Shown here piece by piece: positions 47,833-58,920 of a stretch of DNA of 64,000 nucleotides (its first letter is position 1; every line of letters starts with the position of its first letter). Under the pieces are notes generated by a model that was given only the letters and a program-made list of their open reading frames with translations, did no database searches and was not told where the DNA came from. The stretch is from Halarcobacter sp. (GTDB lineage Bacteria; Campylobacterota; Campylobacteria; Campylobacterales; Arcobacteraceae): NCBI GenBank assembly GCA_048571215.1, contig CP182352.1, positions 2,304,001 through 2,368,000 of the forward strand. The letters are read 5' to 3'. The translations under genes were made by a program, and so were the position numbers.

Positions 47833-50664
47833 TTACGCTAGTTCTACTCGGCATAATCCACCTTTAGTCTCAGGAATCTGAGTAATGATGTCATAACCAT
47901 AGTTTGTTACTGTATTTGCACTTTCACCTACTGCATAAGGTTTAGTTCCCTTAGGATATTTGTGCGATAAATCTTCACCTTGAAAAACACCTGCAAAATG
48001 GAATGGTAAGAAGATTCTATCTTCACTTACACTATGAGAATATTTTGCTTTAACTTTAATTCTAGTTCCCTCAGGAGAATAAATCCACATCATAGCACCA
48101 TCTCTAATACCATGTTTTCCTGCAAGATCTGGATTGATATTACAAAACATCTCAGGAGTTAAAGCAGCTAAATATTTACTTGCTCTATTTTCCATACCAG
48201 CACCATTTAAGTTTACAAGTCTTCCTGTTACTAAATTTATAGGAAAATCTTTTGACCAATCTTTTTCATTTTGTTTAGTTTTATATAAAGTATCAACTCT
48301 ATAGTGATTCCCTTTATCTTCATAACTTGGATATTCTTTAACTAAATCTTCTCTTGGAGAATGAAGTGGTTCTCTATGCATTGGTATTTGATCAGGGAAT
48401 GTCCATACTTTTGCTCGAGCTCTTGCATTTCCATAAGGAGCTATCCCTTTTTCCATACATTTTTCAGCAATTATATTAGATGTATCAACTTTCCAGTTTT
48501 TACCAATTCTTTTCTTTTCATCTTCTGTCAAAGTTATTCCAAGAACTGCTTCAATATTGTCTCTTGTAATTTCAGGATATCCATCTTTATTTGATGAATT
48601 TTTAGGAGCACTTCCCTCTCCTGCTAATAAAGAAACCCCATCATGTTCTAAACCAAATCTATTTCTAAATCCCATTCCACCATCTTCAACACTTCTATTA
48701 ATATTGTAAAGAATTGGCGAACCACCATGTGTTTCTGTCCATACAGGCCAAGGTAAACCATAATATTCACCTTTCATTTCACCATAACCTCTTCCAGAGA
48801 TTTGATCAAACATATGCCAATTTTGAGTATGCTTTTTAATTCTTTTTGCAGTCCAACCAGTAAGACCAATAGTCTTAATAATTCTTGCAATCTCATCAGT
48901 TGCATCTTCTGGCCAAGTAAAATCTTTTTTGTTTTCTTTTATTTTCATTCCAGCTGTAAACTGTTCATAAAAACCTAATCTTTTAGCTAGTTCAAACATA
49001 ATTTCATGGTCAGTTTTTGATTCATACATTGGCTCAACTACTTTAGTTCTCCATTGTACTGATCTATTTGTTGCAGTAACAGAACCACTAGTCTCAAACT
49101 GAGTTGCAGCTGGTAAAATAAATACATCATCTTGTTTATCAGTTAAAATTGCAGCTTCATTTACAAATGGATCACAAAGAACTAACATCTCTAAATTGTC
49201 AAGTCCCTCTTTTACCTTTGCTTGTTGTGCAATAGAAGTAACACCATTACCCATTACAAAAAGAGCTTTTAGGTTTGTTCCTGCATTATCAATTTTGTCA
49301 TTTCCATTTTTACCATCAAGAACACCTGCCCACCAACGTGCTAAGGTGAAACCTTTTTTACCCATCCATGATGGATCTTTAAATCTTCCTTGTAGCCAGT
49401 TGAAGTCTACACCCCATGATTTTGCAAAATATTTCCATGAACCTTCAGATAATCCATAATAACCTGGTAAAGTATGTGATAAACAGCACATATCTGTAGC
49501 ACCTTGTACATTATCATGACCTCTTAAGATGTTTGTTCCACCACCTTCTTCACCCATGTTTCCAAGTGATAATTGTAAGATTGGCGCAAGTCTTGTATTA
49601 GATGAACCGATTGTATGTTGAGTTAAACCCATAGCCCAAATAAGAGTACCTGGAGTAGATTTAGCATAAAGTTTTGTTATTTGAATTAATTGTTCAGCTG
49701 GTACACCTGTAATATCTGCAACTTTTTCAGGATTCCATTTTTTAGCTTCTTGCTTAATATCTTCCATACCATAAACTCTGTCATTGATAAAACTTTCATT
49801 ATGCCAATTATTTTTAAAAATCAGATGTAACATTCCATACATAAATGGAATATCAGTTCCTGGTCTTATTCTGCAATAATGATCCGCCTTAGCAGCAGTT
49901 TTAGTATATACTGGATCTACAACAATAATTTTTGCGTTATTTCTCTCTTTAGCTTTTAAAAAATGTCCAAAACCAACTGGATGATTTACAGCAGGATTTG
50001 CACCAAATATAATAATTGCTTTCGCATTTTGGATATCTCCAAGTGAGTTGGTCATAGCACCGTAACCCCATGTATTCGCCACACCGGCGACTGTAGCACT
50101 ATGTCAAATTCTAGCTTGGTGATCTATATTATTAGTTCCATACATTGCTGCAAACTTTCTAAAATAATAAGCTTGCTCTGTACTCATTTTTGCTGATCCT
50201 AAAAACATTGCAGAATCAGGTCCAGATGTATTATGCATATTTGCCAACTTAGTTGCGATTCTATCTAAAGCATCGTCCCAAGATAATCTTTTCCATTTTC
50301 CACCCTCTTTTACCATTGGATGTTTAAGTCTAACCTCAGACCTAACCATATCAATCATATCAGCACCTTTACAACAATGACCACCAAGTGAAATTGGATG
50401 ATCTTGTGCAACCTCTTGTCTTACCCAGACACCATTTTGAACCTCAGCAATAATACCACATCCAACAGAACATGCAGTACAGATAGTTTTAACATTTTTA
50501 GAACCAGGAAAAGGGTTTTTTATCTCTTCCTTAGTAGCAGGTCGTGTTACACCATCATTTGCCAAAGCACTTGTTACACCAGTAGCAGCAGCGACAGCAG
50601 CCATTTTTAAAAATGATCTTCTACCCACCTTTGCTTTGAGTGTCTCATATGCACTTTTTGACAT
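47833..50664 (-). CDS. fdhA: Formate dehydrogenase alpha subunit, selenoprotein (UGA at 50106-50104 read as Sec), 943 aa
   Basis: The 186-aa and 749-aa ORFs are in frame across TGA: DHQARI-U-HSATVAGVANTWG; TAT RRSFLK; CTACSVGC. Confidence 0.96.
50051..50103 (-). promoter_or_regulatory. Bacterial SECIS element of fdhA
   Basis: Just 3' of UGA: lower stem CAUAGUGC/GUGCUAUG and apical UCGCC-GGUGU-GGCGA hairpin. Confidence 0.75.
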
Positions 50665-50682
50665 ATAACTACCCCTTTAATT

Positions 50683-50889
50683 TTATAAAGCTTGTTTGTA
50701 AAACTCTTCCCAAGCTTTAGTTTTTTTGTAAAGAATCTCTTTTTTATTTGATTTCCCCACAACAACTCCATTTGAATCCACTTCTAAAGAAGTAGAACTG
50801 TTAGCAGCAGCTAACGCAGTGGCACCTACAGCAGTAGCACCAACAACTATTGCAGTTTTCTTAGCAAAATCTCTTCTACTTTTTTGCAT
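50683..50889 (-). CDS. Small twin-arginine-motif protein upstream of fdhA
   Basis: MQKSRRDFAKK; AGGAGA RBS; C-terminal ILY.KT.AW..FY. Confidence 0.85.
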   Translation of the reverse strand: MQKSRRDFAKKTAIVVGATAVGATALAAANSSTSLEVDSNGVVVGKSNKKEILYKKTKAWEEFYKQAL

Positions 50890-50976
50890 AGTTGTCTCCT
50901 TTTTTGTGATTAGCCCCATAAATGAGACTTAAATAAAACAAAAGTATTGTCTTATTTAAGTCTCAATAAATAAAAC

Positions 50977-51753
50977 CTAAATATCATCCTCCACATCATA
51001 TGCTATATGTACAGGGCAAGATTCATCTTCTTTGTTTTTTGGACCATTAGCTTTCATAGCTTTATTTCTAGCTCTTCTTGCTAATTCTTCTTCTGATATA
51101 TTTTCTACTTCTTTTTTAGGTGAACTTTTTGTAACTATTGTAGGTTTTGAAACCTCTAAATAAACTCTTTCAAACTCTATAAAAGCATTTAAAATCACAA
51201 TTACATTTTTAAAAATATTTGCACTCTCATGTTCATAAACCTCTTTTGAGAACTCATCTACAAATTCATTTAAAATTTGGGCAAAAATACAATGAACAGT
51301 ATCTGAATATTGTACTTCCCCTTGGGCTTGTAAATTAGTCAATTCACTTAAAACTGAAAAAATAAACCCAATATGGTCTTCATAATCAGAATATTTTTTT
51401 TCATCTCTTCTAATTTTAGTTTTGGCTAAAAAGTTTTGCATCTCAACTCTTTTTTTACCACTTTCTATATTCTCATCATAATATGAAGCTGTAGTTCTAA
51501 CTGTCCTAGTCTCAGGTGAGTGGAAAATATCATCAAACTCATTCATTAAAGCTATATTAGAATCACTTTTTACAAGCTCTTTTATATCTTCAAAGGCTTG
51601 TTTACTTGTAGAATCAAGAGGGTTTTCTTTTAAAATATCAATTAAATTAACTAGTTCTAAATATCTTTTATTATCTGTAGTAAAAACAAAGAATCTTGAA
51701 AAAAGACTGTAATATAAAGCTCTAGCTTTATTTATTTTTACATCATTCATCAT
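50977..51753 (-). CDS. TorD/DmsD family redox-enzyme maturation chaperone
   Basis: ASYY and EDHIG motifs; in the fdh operon. Confidence 0.88.
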   Translation of the reverse strand: MMNDVKINKARALYYSLFSRFFVFTTDNKRYLELVNLIDILKENPLDSTSKQAFEDIKELVKSDSNIALMNEFDDIFHSPETRTVRTTASYYDENIESGKKRVEMQNFLAKTKIRRDEKKYSDYEDHIGFIFSVLSELTNLQAQGEVQYSDTVHCIFAQILNEFVDEFSKEVYEHESANIFKNVIVILNAFIEFERVYLEVSKPTIVTKSSPKKEVENISEEELARRARNKAMKANGPKNKEDESCPVHIAYDVEDDI

Positions 51754-53453
51754 AAGGCAACTCCTTGTTTATTGTTATATCCTGCACTATTTTTCATATA
51801 ACTTTGCATCATAATTTTAGGTTTACAACTTTCACAACAGTAAAGTGTTTTCTCTTTAATTGGATCAGATTTAAATATTGGAGCCATAATTGAAGCTATT
51901 TTTTCTATAGCTTTTTTAGTGGCGAACTCATTTCCACACTCAACACAAGCAAAGAGCTCATCTTGGGCTAAAACTTCATCTTTGAACCATGAAGGTGTTA
52001 ATTTAATCACATCATGTTGTATTGTTAAACAATCACTTTCTGGACATGAAACTTCACAATAACCACATGAAGTGCATAAAGAAGGATTGAGTCTTAGTGT
52101 ATTATCACTTGGATTTGCAAAAATCGCATCCACATTACAAGCCCCTACACATGATAAACACAAGGTACAATTAGCTTCATTTACTTTTACATGTGCATAA
52201 TGTACATTTGGTCCTGTTTGAACCTCTCCTAGTGTTTCATCTCCAACAAGGTTTTTTAATCTATAAGAGAAAATCTCTCTTTTTTTCATCCCCTCTTGAT
52301 TGAAGTTAAAATAACTCTCAGCTATAAAATCAACCTTTGATATGGCAGCACTCAATTGTTTTTCATCTTTTGCAACTAATATTGCATCTTTTCCATATTT
52401 TTTTTGATATATTTCATTTAAAATATTTATTGAATCACTTGTACCTTTTGACAAAAAATCACTATAAAATATAAGTTGAGATGATGAAATTTGTGCCAAA
52501 GTCAAAAATGTTGCCTCATGGAAAAATTTTTCCCCTTCTATTTTAAAAGGTAAAATATTTTCTTTTAACTCTACATTTAAATTGTCCAATGACATCTTTT
52601 GTGGGATAATTAAAGGATGAGTGTTTTTAAAGTTTAAACTCATCTCATATAAAGAATCTTTGTTTGTAGGAGAATAATCTAACGCACCACTTGGACAAAT
52701 AGAGATACAACCTCCACACCCATGACAATCAACTTGCGAAAAAACCAAATGTCTATTTGTTTCATCTTTTGTGATAGCAACAGTAGGGCATACCTCTTCA
52801 CATCTTCCGCAGATATCTTCTCTTCTTTCATGGTATTGACAAATATTTTTATCATAAGTTGTAAAATTTCTATATTCAAAACTATTTATATTTTCTCTTA
52901 TAGTTTTAAGGGTTTCTTCAACTCCCAATTTTTTAGGGTCATAGGTTCCACTTTGTTTCAAGCTCTCTTCTTTTGCATCAAACCAAATAATTTGGTGTAC
53001 ATTTATATTTACATCTTTTCCTTGATCATCAACTAAAACATTAAGCTCACCTATTTTTCCATCAATCGATTTAAGTATTGATTCATCAATATGAAACATA
53101 TCAAACTCATTTGCTTTGACAAGTCTCATAACTTCACCTGCATTTTCTAAATTTGCTATTAGTAATACTCTATTTCCTATCTCTAAAGGGTAGGTAAAAT
53201 CTTTTGCATTGTCATATTTTAATGAGGCAATATCATATAGTTTTTTTATATTTTCTATTTTTTTTGATACTAAATCTTTAGTATTTTTAATATAAAACTC
53301 AATTTCATTTGCTACAACTTCACTATTTACATCTTTTGAATTTGATATTAGAAAATTATTATTGTTTAGTTGTAAGATATCATTGCTAACTTGTATCTCT
53401 TCATGTAGGGGAAAATCTGGTAATTGTTTAGAATAATAAACATACTCCTGCAT
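51750..53453 (-). CDS. Multi-[4Fe-4S] ferredoxin-domain protein of the fdh operon
   Basis: CGRCEEVCP, CHGCGGCISICP, CTLCLSCVGAC, CTSCGYCEVSCP. Confidence 0.9.
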   Translation of the reverse strand: MQEYVYYSKQLPDFPLHEEIQVSNDILQLNNNNFLISNSKDVNSEVVANEIEFYIKNTKDLVSKKIENIKKLYDIASLKYDNAKDFTYPLEIGNRVLLIANLENAGEVMRLVKANEFDMFHIDESILKSIDGKIGELNVLVDDQGKDVNINVHQIIWFDAKEESLKQSGTYDPKKLGVEETLKTIRENINSFEYRNFTTYDKNICQYHERREDICGRCEEVCPTVAITKDETNRHLVFSQVDCHGCGGCISICPSGALDYSPTNKDSLYEMSLNFKNTHPLIIPQKMSLDNLNVELKENILPFKIEGEKFFHEATFLTLAQISSSQLIFYSDFLSKGTSDSINILNEIYQKKYGKDAILVAKDEKQLSAAISKVDFIAESYFNFNQEGMKKREIFSYRLKNLVGDETLGEVQTGPNVHYAHVKVNEANCTLCLSCVGACNVDAIFANPSDNTLRLNPSLCTSCGYCEVSCPESDCLTIQHDVIKLTPSWFKDEVLAQDELFACVECGNEFATKKAIEKIASIMAPIFKSDPIKEKTLYCCESCKPKIMMQSYMKNSAGYNNKQGVAL

Positions 53454-53467
53454 AACCTATGCCTTTT

Positions 53468-53485
53468 GGTAAATTTTATTTTACC
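53468..53485. promoter_or_regulatory. Palindromic operator GGTAAA-N6-TTTACC upstream of the fdh operon
   Basis: GGTAAATTTTATTTTACC; degenerate second copy at 53522-53539. Confidence 0.55.
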
Positions 53486-53605
53486 TATTTTATATCTTTA
53501 TTAATAAAATTACACTTAATTCATAAATTTTATTTTACCTTTTTGTATTTAAATATATTTTTGTTTACAAATGATATAATTGAAACCTAAAGAGATAGGA
53601 AAAAT

Positions 53606-54757
53606 ATGATATATAGAATGTTTATTGTAGTAGTAACTGTAATAGTTACACTAAGTTTATTTAATACTAATAAAAAATATAATGCAGAAACAATAATACT
53701 GGGCACTTCTTTACCAAAAAACGGAATTATAAAAGAGTGGGGAATTAGTGTATTAACTGGGGCTAATGCATATTTTCAATACGCAAATGAAAAAAAACTT
53801 TTAGATAAAAGAAGTATTCATCTTCTTAGTTATGATGATAAATATGAACCTGATTTAACATATGCAAATACTAAAAAATTGATTACTGAGGATAATATTT
53901 TTGCACTTTTTGGATTTGTAGGAACACCAACAGTAAAAAGAATTTTACCATTAATAGAAAATACAAATATCCCTTTTATAGCACCCTTTACAGGAGCTAG
54001 TTTTTTAAGAGATAAACGATATACAAATATTATCAATTTAAGAAGTAGTTATAAACAAGAGGTTTATAAAATTGTAAAATATCTAAAAAATAAAAAAAAT
54101 ATTAGTAATATTGCAGTATTTTATCAAAATGATGACTATGGAGAAGAGGTTTACTCTTCACTTTTAAATGTTTTAGATGAAAATCAACTAAAGCTAGTAA
54201 GTGAAGGGAGTTATAAAAGAAACACCCTTTCCATAAGCCATGCCTTACATACTATGAAAAATAAAAAAATTGGTGCAATTGTAATGGTTGGGGCATATAA
54301 GGCCAATGCTTTATTTATCAAAAAAGCTAGACAAATTGAGAGTCTAAAAGATACTATTTTTGCAACAGTATCATTTGGTGATGCAAATGCAATGATAAAA
54401 GAATTAGATTACAAAAGTAAAAACCTAATTTTTTCTCAAGTTATTCCAAGCTACAACAATATTTCACTAGATATTGTAAATGAATATCATAAAATATATT
54501 CAAAATATTATCCAAAAAGAGAGTATAGTTTTATCTCTTTTGAAGCCTTTATTGCAGCAAAGGCTGTTGTAAAATCTTTACAAAAAGTTGAAGATAATCT
54601 AAGTAGAGAGAATTTTATTGAAGCCTTAAAAAATCTTAATGGAAATGATATAAAAGATTTAAATATAAAATTTAAAAACCAACAATTATTAAATAAAACA
54701 TATCTTTATAAGTATGAAGATTCAAAATTTAAAGAGATAAAATATGAACTTAGATAG
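53606..54757 (+). CDS. Periplasmic ligand-binding protein (branched-chain amino acid/type 1 PBP family)
   Basis: DDKYEP, GFVGTPT, NLRSSY..E, FYQNDDYG; coupled to the kinase gene. Confidence 0.88.
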   Translation: MIYRMFIVVVTVIVTLSLFNTNKKYNAETIILGTSLPKNGIIKEWGISVLTGANAYFQYANEKKLLDKRSIHLLSYDDKYEPDLTYANTKKLITEDNIFALFGFVGTPTVKRILPLIENTNIPFIAPFTGASFLRDKRYTNIINLRSSYKQEVYKIVKYLKNKKNISNIAVFYQNDDYGEEVYSSLLNVLDENQLKLVSEGSYKRNTLSISHALHTMKNKKIGAIVMVGAYKANALFIKKARQIESLKDTIFATVSFGDANAMIKELDYKSKNLIFSQVIPSYNNISLDIVNEYHKIYSKYYPKREYSFISFEAFIAAKAVVKSLQKVEDNLSRENFIEALKNLNGNDIKDLNIKFKNQQLLNKTYLYKYEDSKFKEIKYELR

Positions 54758-56291
54758 ATTAATCTCCTTTTTTGACAATCTTGCCTTTGGCAACAAAACC
54801 AACTTTCTTATTCTAATTATTGCAAGTGGAATGTTTTGTATTATAGTACTTTCTCAAATATCAACTTACTCTATAAAAAGTGATTATGAAAGATTATTTG
54901 AAAAAAGAACTAAGCCATTAATACTTTTGGAAAACCTAAAAGATGTATATGAGATAAATATCCAAGATACAATTTATGATATAAAAAACAATGCTATTTC
55001 ATATAAAAATGGAAAAGAGGTATTAGACTTAGCTAAAAAGCTTTCTACTAGTTATTGGAGTAAATATAAAATTAACAGATTTGATGACTTTGAAAATAAC
55101 TATTTTCTAAGATTTATAAAAAAGCTTTTTTTAAAAAAAGAAAAAAATGTAACAAAAGATATATTACTAAATGCACTTATCAATAATATTGACACTAAGT
55201 TTAAAAATATAAATAGCTATATTGATAAATTTGATTTAAATACTTATGATGAATTAAACTATGAAATAAATAGTGTAAAGGTATATATAACAAGTTTGAT
55301 TAACCATGATTTAAAAGTTGCAATAGAAGAGAAAAGAGATACGGATATACTTTTTAACTATATCTCTTTATTTTCTATCATCTCAATTATTTTTGTATTT
55401 TTATTCTCAATTTTATTATCCGTATTGATTATAAATCACTTTAAGAAACTTCATAATCTTTTAGAATTAAAAGTTGAAAATAAAACAAAAGAGCTAGTTG
55501 AATTAAATGATAATCTTGAAAAAAGAATCAATAAAGAGGTAAAAAACAGTAGAAAAAAAGATATTATCATGTTTCAACAAGCAAAACTAGCTTCAATGGG
55601 AGAGATGCTAAATAACATAGCCCACCAATGGAGACAACCTTTAGGTTCCATTTCTATGATAATACAAAGTTTCCAAACAAAAATGCAATTTGGAAAATTA
55701 ACTCAAGAGTTTGTTGATACAAAAGTGAAAGATGCCCTATTTTTAGCAGATAATATGTCAAATACCTTAGATGATTTTAAAAATTTTTTCTCTCCAAATA
55801 AAACAAAAAGTGAATTTAGTTTAAAAGATTGTATTGAACACTCTTTTGAATTATCTAAATATATTTTAGATAAATACAATATAGCCCATACAATTGATAT
55901 AAAAAAAGATGTTATCATCAATGGTTTTTACAATGAATTATCCCATGTAATTTTAAATCTAATAAACAACTCAAAAGATGCATTAGTAGATAAAGAGTGT
56001 TGTGTTAGAAAAGAGATAAAAGTGATACTAAAACCTTATAACTCAAAAGTAGTGATAAATTTTATTGATAACGGTGGAGGGATTCCTGATGATATCTTGC
56101 CAAAAATATTTGAACCATACTATACTACAAAATATAAAAGTGCAGGAACAGGAATTGGTCTTTATATGTCAAAACAAATTATAGAAAAACACATGAATGG
56201 TTCAATAGAATGTAAAAATATTAAAAACACCCAACCTTTATGTGAGGATTGTAAATCAACTCTATTTATCATAGAGATTCCCCTAGACTAA
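54744..56291 (+). CDS. Sensor histidine kinase
   Basis: LASMGEMLNNIAHQWRQPL, DNGGG, GTGIGL. Confidence 0.94.
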   Translation: MNLDRLISFFDNLAFGNKTNFLILIIASGMFCIIVLSQISTYSIKSDYERLFEKRTKPLILLENLKDVYEINIQDTIYDIKNNAISYKNGKEVLDLAKKLSTSYWSKYKINRFDDFENNYFLRFIKKLFLKKEKNVTKDILLNALINNIDTKFKNINSYIDKFDLNTYDELNYEINSVKVYITSLINHDLKVAIEEKRDTDILFNYISLFSIISIIFVFLFSILLSVLIINHFKKLHNLLELKVENKTKELVELNDNLEKRINKEVKNSRKKDIIMFQQAKLASMGEMLNNIAHQWRQPLGSISMIIQSFQTKMQFGKLTQEFVDTKVKDALFLADNMSNTLDDFKNFFSPNKTKSEFSLKDCIEHSFELSKYILDKYNIAHTIDIKKDVIINGFYNELSHVILNLINNSKDALVDKECCVRKEIKVILKPYNSKVVINFIDNGGGIPDDILPKIFEPYYTTKYKSAGTGIGLYMSKQIIEKHMNGSIECKNIKNTQPLCEDCKSTLFIIEIPLD

Positions 56292-56333
56292 TTTAAAATA
56301 ATCTTTGATATAATACAAGTTCAAGGATAAGCT

Positions 56334-56999
56334 ATGGTTATAAAAGATTTAAATATTTTAAAAAATTTCAATGTACTTTATATAGAAGATGATGAAAATC
56401 TTTTGACACATACAAAAGATGTTTTAGAAGACTTTGTAAATAATATTTATGCAGTAAAAACAACAAAAGAGGCTTTAGATATCCTTTTCAATAAAAAAGT
56501 TGATATCATAATCTCAGACATTTTATTAAAAAATGAAAATGGTATAGAGTTTTTAAACTACCTAAAAAATGAAAAACAGCTAGAGATACCAGCTATTTTG
56601 ACAACAGCACATACAGATACAAAATACCTATTAGATGCCATAAAATTAAAAGTTGAGAACTATATAGTAAAACCAATAAACATAAAAGAATTGCTTGATA
56701 GTTTGCATGATGTTCTTTTACCTATAATACAAGAAAAAGAGATTCAAAGAAACAATAATATCATAAAAATAATTGGAGCAGTTACAGATAGTAAACAAGT
56801 AGATGTTATAAAATATATTATAAACAATTTAGATACAGACAATCAAATAAACACTTCATATAGTGAGCTTATGGAGATAATCAATATTTCAAAACCAACA
56901 CTTATAAAACTTTTTAAAGAACTTGCCCTAAAAGGAATATTAACAAAGGTACAACACAAAACTTATAGATTTGATGAGCAAGCACTTAAGAAGTTATAA
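56334..56999 (+). CDS. Response regulator with C-terminal HTH
   Basis: IEDD, SDI, YIVKP; ISKPTLIKLFKEL helix-turn-helix. Confidence 0.9.
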   Translation: MVIKDLNILKNFNVLYIEDDENLLTHTKDVLEDFVNNIYAVKTTKEALDILFNKKVDIIISDILLKNENGIEFLNYLKNEKQLEIPAILTTAHTDTKYLLDAIKLKVENYIVKPINIKELLDSLHDVLLPIIQEKEIQRNNNIIKIIGAVTDSKQVDVIKYIINNLDTDNQINTSYSELMEIINISKPTLIKLFKELALKGILTKVQHKTYRFDEQALKKL

Positions 57000-57001
57000 G
57001 T

Positions 57002-57277
57002 TTACTGTTTATCTTTAGTAGATACTTCTATAGCTTTATAAGATGTTTTATCTACAGCTTCAATGATATCTTTTAAAGCTAAACTATCTTCATATACAAC
57101 AGTAGCTTTTTTTGTATTTAATCTCACACTTACACTTTTTACTCCAGCAACACTTTTAATAGCTTTTTTAACAGCTGTAGTACACAAAGGGCAGTGCATT
57201 TTAGGGATACTTAAAACTGATATTTTATCAGCAAAACTAAAACTCAAAAATAAAACAAATAGTAAAAAAATCTTCAT
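57002..57277 (-). CDS. Periplasmic heavy-metal-binding protein (MerP/HMA-like)
   Basis: Signal peptide, MHCPLC. Confidence 0.9.
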   Translation of the reverse strand: MKIFLLFVLFLSFSFADKISVLSIPKMHCPLCTTAVKKAIKSVAGVKSVSVRLNTKKATVVYEDSLALKDIIEAVDKTSYKAIEVSTKDKQ

Positions 57278-57280
57278 AAT

Positions 57281-57607
57281 TCAATCCATAAAAAAAGGTA
57301 TTATCTCAGGATAAAAAAGTAAAAAAAGTATAATAATACTTATAGAAAAAGCTAAAAATATTTTTCTTTTTTTTTCTTTTTTATCTACACACTCACATTT
57401 TAAAGGGCTTTTTTTATAAAAAGCGAAAAAAAGCAAAGCAATAGAAACTATTGCCATAGGGATTCTAATAAATCCCAAAGAGCTTAATGTAGAAAAATAA
57501 GCACTTGATACTCCTAAGAATAGAAATAAAAATGCTGGTAAACAACATAAGGTTGACAATAGTGCAGTAAAAACTGCCCCTATTATACTAAGCTTTTTTA
57601 GATTCAT
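57281..57607 (-). CDS. MerT-like metal transport membrane protein
   Basis: STLCCLP in TM1, three TMs, CEC loop. Confidence 0.85.
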   Translation of the reverse strand: MNLKKLSIIGAVFTALLSTLCCLPAFLFLFLGVSSAYFSTLSSLGFIRIPMAIVSIALLFFAFYKKSPLKCECVDKKEKKRKIFLAFSISIIILFLLFYPEIIPFFMD

Positions 57608-58698
57608 TTATGTTCTTGAGAGGTATAAGAATAAATAAATGTTTTTGGTGAATAATAATCTAATGGATCTTCTCCAACTTCTGCATAAGGGTATCCAAGC
57701 ATATTTAATGGATATTGTGTTGGTTTAGGATTTAGAACAAAATCTCTTGCATAGTTAAAAGCAACCCAGTTCATCTCCCAATTTCCAAACATAAATTTTT
57801 TGGTTTGTTTTGTTTTTTGGCTCTCGTTAGTTAAATTTTCTCCAAGTCTTACTTTTGTAACATCAGCAGGATCAGCTGGAACCCAACCTAAACCATTTAT
57901 ATAAAACTCAGCACGGCAGTGTTGACCACCAGTTATTTTTGCAAAACCATTGTCATCAGCTTTCCCACAAACTTTTGAGATTTTTGATTTACCAGCTCTG
58001 ATACCAAATACTTCCCTTGCAGGAATATTTGCATTTCTTAATAAACAAACAAAAACAGAACTAATATCTGTACATTTTCCACCATAAATTTTTTCCTCAA
58101 GGGCTTTATTAGCATCACCTAAACCACATCCGATTACACTATTGTCTCTATACATAGTTGTAACTGTCCAATCATATATAGCTTGTGCTTTTTCTAATGG
58201 TGTTTTTGCATCTTTTACTATATCTTTTACAAAAGCTTTAAGTTTATCATTTACAGGGATATGTGTTGTAGCTTCAAGAAAAACTTTTTCTTCTTTTTTA
58301 TAATTCATATCATTTTTAGCTAAAGATAAATCAATAAATTTTTGGTGAGTTATTACATCAAAAGTTATATTCAACTCTTTTGTTTCTTTCCCTTTTGGCC
58401 AAAATACATATAAAACTTTTGTATTATAGTCATTTGTTACAATTTCTGCTTTTTTATAGTTACCATTATATGTTATATTTGCCAATTCTTGATACTTAGA
58501 ATTTAATGGGATTGGAACCCAAATTTTTGTATCTTCATCACTTGCTTCAAGTTTATAACTATTTGTAATAGTAAACTTTCTATATCCCTCTTTGATACCA
58601 AAAGGATTTGTTTGAGTTTTTGCAAATGCAAAATTAGGGTTTACTAACATAGTAGTAGATAGTAGTACAGAACCTTTTAAAAATGTTCTTCTTTTCAT
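57604..58698 (-). CDS. TAT-exported transglutaminase-like protein
   Basis: RRTFLK; C-H-D triad (GKCTD, HCRAEFY, WVPADPAD). Confidence 0.9.
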   Translation of the reverse strand: MKRRTFLKGSVLLSTTMLVNPNFAFAKTQTNPFGIKEGYRKFTITNSYKLEASDEDTKIWVPIPLNSKYQELANITYNGNYKKAEIVTNDYNTKVLYVFWPKGKETKELNITFDVITHQKFIDLSLAKNDMNYKKEEKVFLEATTHIPVNDKLKAFVKDIVKDAKTPLEKAQAIYDWTVTTMYRDNSVIGCGLGDANKALEEKIYGGKCTDISSVFVCLLRNANIPAREVFGIRAGKSKISKVCGKADDNGFAKITGGQHCRAEFYINGLGWVPADPADVTKVRLGENLTNESQKTKQTKKFMFGNWEMNWVAFNYARDFVLNPKPTQYPLNMLGYPYAEVGEDPLDYYSPKTFIYSYTSQEHK

Positions 58699-58834
58699 AG
58701 ATTACTCCAAAATTTATTTTGAAGCATATGTAGTCATAAATTTCATGCATAGGATTTATGTCTAACCTAAACCTTAGGTTAATGCTTATTTGTAATCGTA
58801 ACTATAATAAAGAACTTATAAAAGTTTTCTTAAA

Positions 58835-58852
58835 GGTAAAAAAAATTTTACC
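58835..58852. promoter_or_regulatory. GGTAAA-N6-TTTACC palindrome upstream of the yedF-like gene
   Basis: AAAGGTAAAAAAAATTTTACCTTT. Confidence 0.55.
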
Positions 58853-58920
58853 TTTTTTTAATATAGATAGATGTAAAATATTTGAACAAAATTATAGCTA
58901 TACTTAAAAAAAGGAAACAA

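Noticed and set aside
50083..50106. Apparent split or pseudogene of fdhA
   Set aside because: In-frame UGA at the Sec position with a SECIS and complete sel machinery nearby.
57002..57607. Mercury resistance operon
   Set aside because: No merA, merR or transposon context in the window.
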